Position numbers and translations under genes: made by a program. The notes under the pieces are model-generated. The model was not told the DNA's origin. It saw only the letters and a list, made by a program, of their open reading frames with translations, and searched no databases. Of a DNA stretch of 64,000 bases, positions 12,406 through 24,244 are shown one piece after another. Source of the stretch: Nemertoderma westbladi (Eukaryota; Animalia; Xenacoelomorpha). The DNA is taken from contig JAUCBJ010008366.1 in NCBI GenBank assembly GCA_032718475.1, positions 8,101-72,100 on the forward strand, written 5' to 3'. Every line of letters begins with the position of its first letter. Within the stretch, counting starts at the first letter, position 1.

Positions 12406-12528
12406 CTACGCTGACACTGCACTATGGTAACACACTGATAGGACAGGCATGTGACGTGGGGAGATTATTAAAAAAAAACATGAAATTACAACCTCAATGA
12501 AAGACCCGCATCTTCTGTATAATACAAG

Positions 12529-12837
12529 CAGGGTTGTTGCCACTCTATTTCAGTTTCAATTTTCACTGACCTTTTACTGACCTTCACCTTTATGAAAAAA
12601 TTCACTGACAGAAATGAATATGACTTTTCTATGTTTCTTCTTCTTGAGAAATTCTAACTTTATATATTTACAGATGTGAGAAAGTGGAACGGCGAGGGAA
12701 GCGAGCAACTTTTCACTTATGGCACATTCCTGACTTTTCCCCGATTAGATTTGCCCAATATTTACTAGAATTCCCTGACATTAAAAAAAAAAAAATTCCC
12801 TGACTATTCCAGGTATTGCAGACGAGTGGCAACCCCG
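12529..12837. mobile_element. Small hAT-like MITE
   Basis: Termini CAGGGTTGTTGCCACTC / GAGTGGCAACCCCG with internal TTCCCTGAC repeats. Confidence 0.6.
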
Positions 12838-12869
12838 AAGGTCAAATAATCGTAAGTAAATAATTCGGC

Positions 12870-12963
12870 TCTGGTCAGATAGAGATCATGTACTTCTTAT
12901 AAATCGCTTTGAAGGTCACAGCAATAAAAATTGCTCTGGTAAAAACTTTGTCATCATTCCAGA
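12870..12963 (-). ncRNA. CD2 box C/D snoRNA candidate, copy 2
   Basis: TCTGG-A-ATGATGA ... CAGA (D') ... CTGA-CCAGA; conserved with 6295-6386 while the wider flanks differ. Confidence 0.78.
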
Positions 12964-13062
12964 ACCGTCTCTAACTCCTATAGTGAACAATCGCATCGCA
13001 AAAAGTAAATAAATGCGATAACTATACAAAGCATAATATCCAATCCAATAATATTATAAAGA

Positions 13063-13133
13063 AGCACTTTGGTCTAGTGGTACCATTCCTGGTCTTTCAA
13101 TCGGGAGGTCCTGCTTCGATCCCTATAGGTGGG
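13063..13133 (+). pseudogene. tRNA-derived sequence (tRNA pseudogene or SINE head)
   Basis: A-box-like TGGTCTAGTGG and B-box-like TTCGATCCC with tRNA spacing; acceptor and T stems are imperfect. Confidence 0.5.
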
Positions 13134-13264
13134 AACCAAGGTTACACTACACCAAGTAGAAACATAATGGATGGGTTTTACTGTGAAAGATCACCGAACA
13201 GAAAGATTCCCAATATCATAATACACCCAACACATGCAGTTGCCTCAGCAGCCATTTCACTGAC

Positions 13265-13645
13265 CTTATCATCTTCCTTAAGAGACTCCTTAACAGCATC
13301 GCCCGCAGAAGAAACTTCTGTCGGCTTGGAATCTTTGCCAGCAGACAATTCTTTATCGGGTTTATCTTTGTCACGTTTATTTCTGTCCTTCGGAGAGTAT
13401 TTCTTGTCTCTTGTAGATTCCTTGTCCTTTGAAGATTCCTTGTTTTTCGTTGACTCTTTATCCTTTGTAGACTCTTTATCCTTTGTAGACTCTTTATCCT
13501 TTGTAGACTCTTTATCCTTCGTAGACTCTTTCTCCTTGCCTTTCTGCCGAAACGAATCTTTGGGGCGATTCGAATCATTATCCCTGTTGTCTCGGCGACG
13601 ATCCTTATCGTGTGGGGGTCGACCACTGTCCCTCTCCGTCGCCGA
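13265..13645 (-). CDS. Coding exon 7 of matrin-type zinc-finger gene (SATERDSG...(KESTKD)n...KEDDK)
   Basis: TTATTTAG| acceptor, AAG|GTCAGT donor, 381 nt open, phase 0-0; contains an 18-bp coding repeat. Confidence 0.75.
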
Positions 13646-13842
13646 CTAAATAATAATATAAATAAATAAAAACAAAATACTTCGTTGGTAAACAAACCCT
13701 ACAATCATTATCAGAAAACGAAATGTATTGTGCAGATAGGGGGGGGGGGGGGGGGGGAATTCATCCATCGCCAGGGGAAAATCGACGTAAATAACAGCTG
13801 TTCTAAAAAATAATCTGTAATCTGTAAACTGTAATCTGTAAA

Positions 13843-15085
13843 CACCCTGGATCTATTGTCCCAACACACCCTGGATCTATCGTACCAACTCACCCTGGAT
13901 CTATCGTACCAACCCACTCATCCTGGATCTATCGTACCAACTCACCCTGGATCTATCGTACCAACCAACTCACCCTGGATCTATCGTACCAACTCACCCT
14001 GGATCTATCGTACCAACCCACTCACCCTGGATCTATCGTACCAACACACCCTGGATCTATCGTACCAACCAACTCACCCTGGATCTATCGTACCAACTCA
14101 CCCTGGATCTATCGTACCAACCAACTCACCCTGGATCTATCGTACCAACCAACTCACCCTGGATCTATCGTACCAACTCACCCTGGATCTATCGTACCAA
14201 CTCACCCTGGATCTATCGTACCAACCAACTCACCCTGGATCTATCGTACCAACTCACCCTGGATCTATCGTACCAACTCACCCTGGATCTATCGTACCAA
14301 CTCACCCTGGATCTATCGTACCAACTCACCCTGGATCTATCGTCCCAACTCACCCTGGATCTATCGTACCAACTCACCCTGGATCTATCGTACCAACTCA
14401 CCCTGGATCTATCGTACCAACCAACTCACCCTGGATCTATCGTCACCAACTCACCCTGGATCTATCGTACCAACTCACCCTGGATCTATCGTACCAACTC
14501 ACCCTGGATCTATCGTACCAACTCACCCTGGATCTATCGTACCAACTCACCCTGGATCTATCGTACCAACCACTCACCCTGGATCTATCGTACCAACTCA
14601 CCCTGGATCTATCGTACCAACCAACTCACCCTGGATCTATCGTACCAACTCACCCTGGATCTATCGTACCAACCAACTCACCCTGGATCTATCGTACCAA
14701 CTCACCCTGGATCTATCGTACCAACTCACCCTGGATCTATCGTACCAACCAACTCACCCTGGATCTATCGTACCAACTCACCCTGGATCTATCGTACCAA
14801 CCACTCACCCTGGATCTATCGTACCAACTCACCCTGGATCTATCGTACCAACCAACTCACCCTGGATCTATCGTACCAACTCACCCTGGATCTATCGTAC
14901 CAACCAACTCACCCTGGATCTATCGTCCCAACTCACCCTGGATCTATCGTACCAACTCACCCTGGATCTATCGTACCAACCAACTCACCCTGGATCTATC
15001 GTACCAACTCACCCTGGATCTATCGTACCAACCAACTCACCCTGGATCTATCGTACCAACTCACCCTGGATCTATCGTCCCAACT
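13843..15085 (-). repeat. 24/28-bp minisatellite made of the exon 6 end plus its splice donor, ~49 units
   Basis: Minus-strand unit TGGTACGATAGATCCAGG|GTGAGT; the first unit is the exon end (W-D-D-R-S-R|GTGAGT). Confidence 0.95.
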
Positions 15086-15272
15086 GCGTTTCATTGCTTC
15101 TCTCCCCCCATCGTAACCCGGACGACCGAACGGGGGTCGGCCTCCAGGGTGACCCTGTCTATTGGGTCCCCTTGGTTGACCGCTGTTCTCTGCCAACGCT
15201 GTGTTAACAGCGTCTACAAACAGCTGTTCTATAAACTGTCTCAATACGAGCTCATGTTGAACTGGAGCTCTC
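15065..15272 (-). CDS. Coding exon 6 (RAPVQHELVLRQFIEQLF...MKRSWDDRSR)
   Basis: TGTTGCAG| acceptor, AGG|GTGAGT donor, 1+207 nt, phases match both neighbours. Confidence 0.82.
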
Positions 15273-15408
15273 CTGCAACATAAATGAGAATAAATTGTTA
15301 AAGAGTTGCTCTAAAAATCCACGAGAATGGTTTAGTTTCTAAGAGATAAGCTACCGACTGTGTTTTATGGTGGGATTCGGGATAATTTCGGGATTCGGGA
15401 AATTATAT

Positions 15409-15552
15409 TTTTGTTCCAAACAAATATGGTATATAATCAGTTACCATTAATGATAAAATTATTTTATCGTAATGGAAAGCTTTGTTGGAATTTATATATC
15501 TCCCTTGTTCATGGAAAAAAGATATTAAATATCTCAGTCCAGCGATAAGGAA
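15409..15552 (-). ncRNA. H/ACA snoRNA copy 1 (insertion in 3' pocket of hairpin 2)
   Basis: Hairpin - H box (ATATAA) - hairpin - ACA+3 nt; conserved with copies at 17662 and 19668. Confidence 0.72.
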
Positions 15553-15982
15553 GAAAAATAAAAGCGTCGTGTCAGGACGTTCGAGTAAATCCCGAATTAT
15601 CGGACCCCCCCCCCCCCCCCCCCCCCGTTCAAACACGACCTAGGTATTTTGGTGGGGTGGGGGTGGGAGAGGGTCAAAAATATGGAATGGTATGAAATTA
15701 TCCAAATGATGAAGTAAGTGTAAGGCAACTTCTTGTTTTTGTTAAAATAAAAAATATAAAAAATAATCAACTCGGATTCGAACCTGGGCTCTATGGGAAT
15801 TGTCGAGTCGAGATCTGAAACTTTTATCCCATTGACAAACTAACTATCCTGTACGTGAAATTTTCAAACGTTGAAACGCGTTGAGTCGCTTGGTCCGGTA
15901 GTAGCATTGGTGGCATTATCAAATCTTACAAACTAGAACTACCCCTAGAAATCATACAATCTTTGTCCCAATTACCACTAAC

Positions 15983-16245
15983 CGAATTTTGATGAGATGG
16001 TCCAACTTCACTTCTATTAGCCGTATCCTCTGAACGTCCTCGACGGCCTGTGTGAGACTGGTGGTGCCTCGCTTCTGCAGCGCGATGCTCAGCTGCACCG
16101 ACTCCTGGTGTCTGCCACTCATCGTGTGTCCCTGGAAGTCCGCGAGCGACTCGCAGCGGATGGCGCACATGTAGCAATCGTACTTCCTCTGGCCCAGGTT
16201 GGGAGGGGTTGGCCCCGGCCAAACATCTAACGCCATCTGTAACGC
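15983..16245 (-). CDS. Coding exon 5 with matrin/U1-type C2H2 zinc finger
   Basis: CYMC-x12-H-x5-H (CYMCAIRCESLADFQGHTMSGRH); TTTTAATAG| acceptor, CG|GTTAGT donor; phases fit. Confidence 0.85.
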
Positions 16246-16967
16246 CTATTAAAAGGGGACAACAAATAGATGATGATCTCTTGATGAGGTAAAATTCGTG
16301 ATCAAAGCCAGAACAACCCTTCCCGGTACTAAAACGTATCGTTTCGAGAGAAATAAAAAAAAACTAGGTATATATATATATATATATCTAATTTGCCTCA
16401 AAGTGTCTATTCCGACTCCTAATTTGTTTATTTAACAGAACGAATCAACAATTAAAAATGGGCGCTAGTTATCAGAATGTAATTTTTAATGAAAAAAAAC
16501 TGTTTTTTTTATATTTTCCAGACAAGCAGAAAACACATAGCTTCATTTCACGGTAAAGTGCAAAAAATAGAACAGATTTTGTAGAGTTAGGGACAGTGAA
16601 AATGGTTTTCATGTGTTCATCTTAGGTTATATAGAGAGGCGTAGTAAATCCTGCGGTACCAGTACTAGTGCCTCGGACAACGGTCGGTCGGTATGTCGGT
16701 ATGTGTGGAGGATCACAGGAGATTGATAACTCCTTGAGGTTATTATACGTAATATCATCGAATGATGTATAATTTTACAAATTTAAGGTTTAAAAAAAAG
16801 TCTAAATTTGTCCAAAAATTTAAAATAAATTTGGTAATTTTGTAGATTGTTGAGCCTTTAAAAAACTTAGTGCCTATAGAATAAAACAGTTGTCACAATT
16901 TTGAAGTTCAGACTTTGACATTTAAGTTAGAACCCCAATTATTAATCACGCGAATAACTCGACTAAC

Positions 16968-17373
16968 CGATAGGGGATCCCTTTCCTCAAACATCCGAGC
17001 GACGGAAGGCAACCCGCCACCCATCATCCCGGGTGTGTCCGCGGGTCTACCCGACGGCAATGGCCCGGGGTCGAACCGGGGCTGCTCGTACATACCGCGA
17101 TCCAGATCGCGAGGCGTCATCAGATCCCGGATCCCGGGACCCAGCTCGTAATCCGACAGTCCGACCGGCCCCAATCCGGCAACGTCGAGTCCCGACGTAC
17201 CGAAACCGCGCAATCCCGCCGGTCCCACGTCGAGGTCGCGTAGCAACGAACTCCCAGCGTCCGGGACGTTTCCGAATTCCCGGAAACCCGAGCCGTCCCG
17301 TTGTCCGGACGACGGGGGCAACGCTAAATCCCTTAGGCTCACAGAATCCAAATAACTTGAGCCGCCCGGGCCT
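16968..17373 (-). CDS. Coding exon 4, Gly/Pro/Arg/Asp-rich
   Basis: TTTTCCAG| acceptor, TCG|GTTAGT donor, 1+405 nt, GC-rich open frame (ORF 16908-17351). Confidence 0.85.
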
Positions 17374-17661
17374 CTGGAAAATAAATATTTTTTTTATATA
17401 TCGCAATATTTGGTGGTAGTAATATCTCACTCCACTGTAATTCAATATTTTTCTCGGTAGAATTCCCAACCCACCCACCAAGATTTTGTCTAAATTGTCT
17501 CAGACATCAAAAGAACCCACAAATAAAATTAATAAATTTTAACAATAGTTGTAAATTCCTACAGAAACATCAAAGTTGAAATCCAAGGAGCTGCAAAAAA
17601 CTAATAACAAATTATTTGATGCGCGTTTGTAATAATGAAATATAGGGTTATAGCCAAAGCG

Positions 17662-17794
17662 ATCTGTATCCAACAGATATACCATTAACTAACTACATGC
17701 GATTTATAGTAATGGAAAGCTTTGTTGGTGTTTATATATCTTCCTTGTTCATGGAAAAAAAAGATATTAAATATCTCAGTCCAGCGATAAGGAA
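17662..17794 (-). ncRNA. H/ACA snoRNA copy 2
   Basis: Stems TTCCTT/AAGGGA and TGGA/TCCA, H box, stems CCAACA/TGTTGG and CCATTA/TAATGG, ACA-GAT end; both pockets lie 14 nt from their boxes. Confidence 0.85.
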
Positions 17795-19667
17795 GAACCA
17801 TAAATAAATATGGAGAATAATAAGTTATCAAAAAAGTTTCTAATATATTCCGCAGCAAAGTTTATTGACATTAAGTGATAAATATATACGCACCATCGGA
17901 AGGGAATTTAGTTTGGTAATTATGGCCATTATGAATCAAAATGATTCCTTACTGTTCGAAGTACCCTACCATGTATAAAATGGAGAGACCGGGGGGGGGG
18001 GGGGGGGTGAATGAATATGAATATCAAATCAATTATAAGGAAAAAAGACCAGGTTACAGCGGTACTTTATTCTAACCAAAACAACAAACTATACTCGATA
18101 GAACAGGAGTTTTATTTTTTACAGTAATCCTGAGATTTTCCCCTTGGGGAGGTGTAAATTTCGAAAGACCTCCCTCCCCCCATCTTCCGCCACCTGAAAA
18201 TGGATAAAAAATCCGTAAATAGTAATACAAGGTTTAAATTAACATGAAACGAATATTGAATAGTCTCTCCGGGAGGTTTCGCATGGGGTGAAAAATTATG
18301 GCATGAAGAATTTCAAGGTTCAAGGTTTCAAGGTTCCTCAAGCAGCTTCAACATAGTCATTTCCGTGGGTTGGGTATTAAATGGATGTAAGCAACTTAAA
18401 ATCAAGAATATAGTTAGTAACAAGACCTGTTCGAAACAATTCGTCATCAATCCCACCCAGATAAACAATTCAGTTCAAATACCGAATCAACAATCATTCA
18501 AATGTTGTCGAGTGTGTATTTAAAATATGAATAACATAAATTATTATTAGTTACCGGTTAACTATAATTAATAGACCCCAATGACATTTTTAATTTTCAA
18601 ATTACTAACTCCTAAAGCCATTTTAATTTTCGTTTAATATTTTGTTTGATTTCTTTTTGGATTTTGATCAGAGCGATATCAGATATAATATAAACTTATT
18701 TATAGCTATATTTTGTATTTTTTTTATAATTAAATTAGTTATCACTCATTAAATAATGATTAATAATATGAAATATTATTCTTCAAAGCAAAAAATATAA
18801 ATTGTAACGGAGCGGAGGATGTTGAGTCTGAACTGATTTTGAAACACAAATTCGCGAAAAAATTCGCTCGAAGTTGTGGACGTTAAGTGAATTTCATAAA
18901 TTTACATTTTCACTGGACTTGACACGATTTGACATGTGAGAGAAAAAAAAATTCAAACTATCTATTTAGAACCCAAATTTCAGGTTCTGTTATTCCCCTG
19001 AAAGTCATGAAATAAATGCAATGCATTTAACGCATTAACTAACACTGGGGATGTGAGTCAGGAAATGTTCACACTAGGAAATTTCCTATACATTTTTCCG
19101 GAAATAATTTATTAGGCCTATAATATAAAGTTTACTGTTAAATACCGGAAGTAAATATTTACAAAAATAATATCCTCTTTTTAATTGCATAATATAGTAA
19201 TAAGATGATTTGAACTAAAATTGTTATTGTGACTTTGTGTTTTGGCAATTTCAATATTAACTACGACGCCTAGATGTTTTATATTTATATTGAACGGAAT
19301 TTCGGAAATACATTTTCAATTTTAACTCTTTCACAATTTAATAGCCCCTGCTATTTGTGCCAGTTTAAACACATTCTAAAAACACAGGAAAACACAAGTA
19401 GAGTTTTTTAAACACTCTTTTTTGTTAGTGGTACGCTGCTAAGTGGTTCATTGTCTTTAGCTCTTGTTGTCGTAAATACGGGTGAAGTATACTTTTCCGT
19501 AAATTACCTTGAAAAAACATATTTTACCGGAAAACTCACATACTTCCCTGACCCTAATTAAAACAAATTTACATAAAATAAAAAATGCTAATATATTTTA
19601 GATTTCTACCATATGGAGGGATGTTACAGGAGTAATTGAACCACCCACATTCTCTTATCTTGAAATA

Positions 19668-19795
19668 ACGTGTTCCCAACTCTATACCATTAATAATATG
19701 GATGGAATATCGTAATGGAAAGCTTAATTGGTATTTATATATCTCCCTTGTTCATGGAAAAAAGATATTAAATATCTCAGTCCAGCGATAAGGAA
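19668..19795 (-). ncRNA. H/ACA snoRNA copy 3
   Basis: Same architecture, with pairing-preserving changes in the hairpin 2 lower stem (CCAATT/AGTTGG) and an ACA-CGT end. Confidence 0.83.
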
Positions 19796-20326
19796 GAAAT
19801 ATCTGGTTAGATTCATGAACTAATTTGAGAACAATTCCAGATCCATGTCCCATGTATATGGGATGGCGATGATTAACTAGGCCTACCGGTATTCCAAAAT
19901 GAGCCTAACTGTATGAGATTTGGAACGATTAAATATAACTGTATATTGAGACACTAAAACGATAAATTGTCCATTGGGCAATAATGGGCATTCAAATTTT
20001 TAATGCTGGTCAAATATTGCACGTTTGTAAAATATTGGTATTTACTCATATGATAATTCGGATAATCAATAGGCCTAGTATTTAACTCCAATAAATTATT
20101 ATATTTGAAATTAAATAATTAAAACTTATTAGAGTAAACGAGATCCAATATCCACAGTGACATAAAAATTACCCAGAAACTCTTCTGCTATCTGCCACTG
20201 ATATATATAATATACTAACACACAACAGCTGGTGTATCGTATCTTCTAATAATACCCACTGACAGGTCTGTACCGGTACCGGTAGGTTTTACGCAATATG
20301 GTTTATAATACGGTAGTTAAACAAAC

Positions 20327-20528
20327 CTTCTGGCATACGCGCTATTTCCTTGGTCACCGAACTGGGATAAACCGGATTCTAGTTTAACAGAAAATCCGGG
20401 ATCGTTACTACTCCTCTCGAAGTCCCTATTGGGTGGGTCCAAGAGACTGCCAGATTGGGGCAAATTGTACCGATTCGAACCGGCGTTCGAAGAAATAAGG
20501 GAACCGAATGAACCAGAAGAAACAACAT
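20327..20528 (-). CDS. Coding exon 3 (VVSSGSFGSL...GNSAYAR)
   Basis: TATTTGTAG| acceptor, AAG|GTTTGT donor, 2+198+2 nt open, phases fit. Confidence 0.8.
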
Positions 20529-20824
20529 CTACAAATACAAACAGATTGAACTAATGAAAATATAGGAAATAAAATACAATGGCGTTAGTTTGAAATATAT
20601 ATATATAGGCCAGATTGTTTGGTTCTCAACATCTGTCAGACATCTTTACACATTTTGAATCCATTTAACGCCCATTTTATAATGCTATTGAAGTAGTAAA
20701 AACAACCAATGGATTGCTACCTCGCCTTAGGTAATATCTATGATGTAGGTAGGTATAATTGCATAAAAACAATATTGATACACGTAACTCCTATATATTA
20801 ATTAATATTATTAATTGTACAAAC

Positions 20825-20879
20825 CTTGTTTGTTTAAGTAACCAGAGCTAAGATACGATCCTGACTCAGACGATGGCTT
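20825..20879 (-). CDS. Coding exon 2 (KPSSESGSYLSSGYLNKQ)
   Basis: CTTTCTTATAG| acceptor, AAG|GTTTGT donor, 55 nt; supplies the phase 0 to 1 bridge. Confidence 0.75.
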
Positions 20880-22878
20880 CTATAAGAAAGAAAATATTTA
20901 AAAACAATAGGCCTAAATAATAAGTAACGTATAGGTTTTAGCATTAGACCTATTCCTATTGTAAGAAGAAAAAAATACCGGTATTGAGAATGAGCAATTA
21001 GATAAAACCATCTTATCTCATCCTACCAATCCAATAAATACCCCAAAAAGGCAAGCATATTGTAGTCATCATTAATGAATGTTATACACATTATATATAC
21101 AATACAAACTATTAGAATAAAACTAACTGTATAGAGTCTTCAACGTTAGTTCAACTATCAGTCATAATATATATATAATCATGATTTTGTAAGACCGATA
21201 GATAATGGATATAAATCGTAAATATGTGGTGCAATGTGATATAGAAGAAAATATGTCTCAGAGCTATACTGTAACATGGTAGGCCTACATTTAATGGGGA
21301 TAAAATTTCTAAATTTAAATTAATAAAATTATCAGGACCTTATTTTTTAACATACCGGTACGAAAATGTGGATTTTCTAGAAGTTTTCATTTTGACAAAT
21401 ATCATTGACTTTGTAATTTATTATTGGTGTTTTGGGTGAATGAGTGGTTTCATATTTTTCATGATTTTATGATGTCATGATGTCATGATGGATGATGTCA
21501 TATATATATGGTTCAATCCCACCTGGACGTCATTGCCGACTTTGCAAAAGCTGTGGCCAACAAAAAGTTATAATTGACTTTGTGGACGTTAAAAATGTAA
21601 TTAACTAGTCTTATAGATACCGTTGGGTGAGAACGGGCTCCGGGCAGTGTACCGCAGGCTTACTGCTTCAATACCGCTAGACTACTTCACAGCTCACGCA
21701 CCGTTGGATGTGAACGGGGCTTTAGATACACACATACACAATACACACACATGAATGCTTCATGCTTCAATTTACCACGCAAGGATAATCTAATAAGAAC
21801 TGAGACATTAAACAAGTTGGAAACATTATTCCCCAATTGATCGATACCATGCAGACAGAATGGATGCTTGCCAAACAAAGTCATCGTTAAAGTGATCAAG
21901 TTTTATGAAAAGCGACTGAGGAGATGCGGCATGGAAGATAGGTTAGCAAATAGCTTTGATAGGCCTATATACTTGTATAAAATATTATCTGATATCGTAA
22001 ACAAGGAATGCTATTCTTTCAAAACACGACATCGTGTCAACAATTTTTCCATCGAAACAGATGTTGAACTAATTATTGCAAGAAACGCCACTTCAATCTG
22101 ACACAATTATATAAGAGCAACATTGCGACTACAACTGCGATTGTGAAATATAATTATCACATAATACTTAAGTGACATCTGCCATATCGATATTTTGTTC
22201 ATATCTTCAAGTTTTAATGAATAAAAGAACGAACTTAATTATGTATAATCTTATAGCATGCGAAAATTTGTGATGCTCATGAAGTTTACAATCACCCTCA
22301 CCACCAATGGGTTCACCATGATAAAACATGTACAAGATATCCAAAGATCACAATTGATTATTGGAAGATGTATAAAGATTATTGACTAACATTAATCGAC
22401 TAATCATACAGTTTTAGATAAGATATATGATGAGTTTAAAATGCATAAAGATTGCAAATGAAATCCAAATTATAACATTTGTTTACATGAATTTCAGTTG
22501 CATAAAATGTTATTAATGTTAGATAATTTCAGCAGTGTCACTTTACAAGACACATCCCAATAGCATCACAATAATTAAGAATATTATTGTAGACTCATCT
22601 TCTGATGTAGATATATCAGATATGGAGCCAACCAGCACTAAAAGATACTGTAGAACATAAGCTGTATATATATATATATATTACATTGACACAATGAGTC
22701 TTCACTATGTATTCCAGTCAAAAGCTGCCTAGCAACACAGGGAATTAGGAGTACTGGTACCAGAACAAGATATTGTAAAAAATATTGTATCTCTATGAGA
22801 AAATGATAGATTGATTAAATACTAAAATCACTAAAATGTGTATATGTATGATGTGTAACATTTGGCATTTGAACTTAC

Positions 22879-23049
22879 CACATCTGAGAAACCACCCTGA
22901 CTGAATGGTGAAAATCGAGGCTGTTCACTACCAAAACCACCTCCTGTCTCAGGGCGTCTATCATAACTTGAATGGGAAGAATAGTTACCAGAACTCGAGG
23001 GTCTCCAGTTTCCACGAAAATAGTTACCTTGAGTATCTGAATAACTCAT
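22879..23049 (-). CDS. First coding exon (MSYSDTQGNYFRGNWRPSS...FSDV)
   Basis: AAAATG start, GTG|GTAAGT donor, S/G/Y/R-rich; probable 5' UTR extends to an acceptor near 23100 or 23376. Confidence 0.78.
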
Positions 23050-24244
23050 TTTGTAACATGGAAAAAATAGTGAGAATGTAGAGAATATCTTCAGTTACGA
23101 CTGAACAACACAAGAGAAGATAATAAATCGAGTGGATAACAATACACAAAAAATACCCAAGTTATTTGAACCTCTTGTAATGGAAGGCCTTCCGAAGTAG
23201 GTATTGTGTTACAGGTTATGATGAGTATGGGTGTCGGGTCGGTATACCTAATTTGAGGAAAATGAAGAAATCGCACTTCTTACAAAATTTACGAATTCAA
23301 TGGATCATTGGATAGATGATATCTATTGAGGTACTTGTTGACATCAAATTCACATATGCGAAGTTCTTCAACAGACCTAAACAAATAAATAATAACAAAT
23401 ATACAATAGAGAAATTAAGTATAATAGGTATGGTAGAATAATTTTATCACTTAAAAAAAATCATTTAAAAAAAACCCATCATCTGTGTTATCTGTATAAC
23501 CATAGCTATATATAGGTGCTATACAGATATAGGACCGTATTACTAGTACTCTTTGATACAATTAGTATATTTCTCGATACTCTTAATAAGATCGTCGAAG
23601 ATCAAACATCACTTGTAGTATATATAATATAATATACAATTTTATTCTTGGTATATATCCAACCACAATTTCTGATATAAAATATTGGCCCTGTGGATTA
23701 CCGGTATATTGACTGAACCAATCTTAAATATTCAACAAGATTGACAACCAGAAAGCTCAATCCTGAAGCTAGATTGATAATGTGATAGAACATACCGATT
23801 TGGAAAGTTGATCAAACCAGAACCAATTTGGAAGATCTGTAAACAATATTAGAGCGAGAAAGCTATAATTGTCCCAAAATCAACCTTCATCATGTTAAGA
23901 AAGTGTATATATCATATTTAATCTTAAAAGAATCTAAGAATCATCTGGTACAGTGGTAGCAGTAGTGTATCTATCCTGCTATCTGCATTGCATAGTGAGT
24001 GCAATGAATCAATGCATTACAAAAGAACTGTAGGCAGAATGGTATTTATACGTATAGCAAATGCAAATTTACAGCCTCAAATCGGCATACCGGTACTTCA
24101 TACCGACATATAGTGATAGTGTCATGAGATGGGTAGTTGTTGTATTATTTGTATTTAATCTCAATTATAACAGATTAAAGCATGAGATAGATATGTTAAA
24201 TAAATAAATAATGCAAGAATGAGTGAATATTAGCAACTAAAAAT

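Noticed and set aside
13063-13133. Functional tRNA-Glu gene
   Set aside because: Acceptor and T stems are mismatched and the B box is degenerate; kept only as a tRNA-derived relic.
13843-15085. CRISPR array, or a 475-aa plus-strand protein (ORF 13856-15283)
   Set aside because: Units are directly adjacent with no unique spacers, and the context is eukaryotic with no cas genes. The ORF is the antisense reading of the repeat.
21750-22440. P-element/THAP9-like transposase C-terminal remnant
   Set aside because: Only a vague resemblance (PNKVIVKVIKFYEKRLR) with stops; not supportable without a search.
23702-23836. 5' UTR exon
   Set aside because: The apparent donor lies within a TACCGGTA footprint-like motif, and a non-coding exon offers no frame test.
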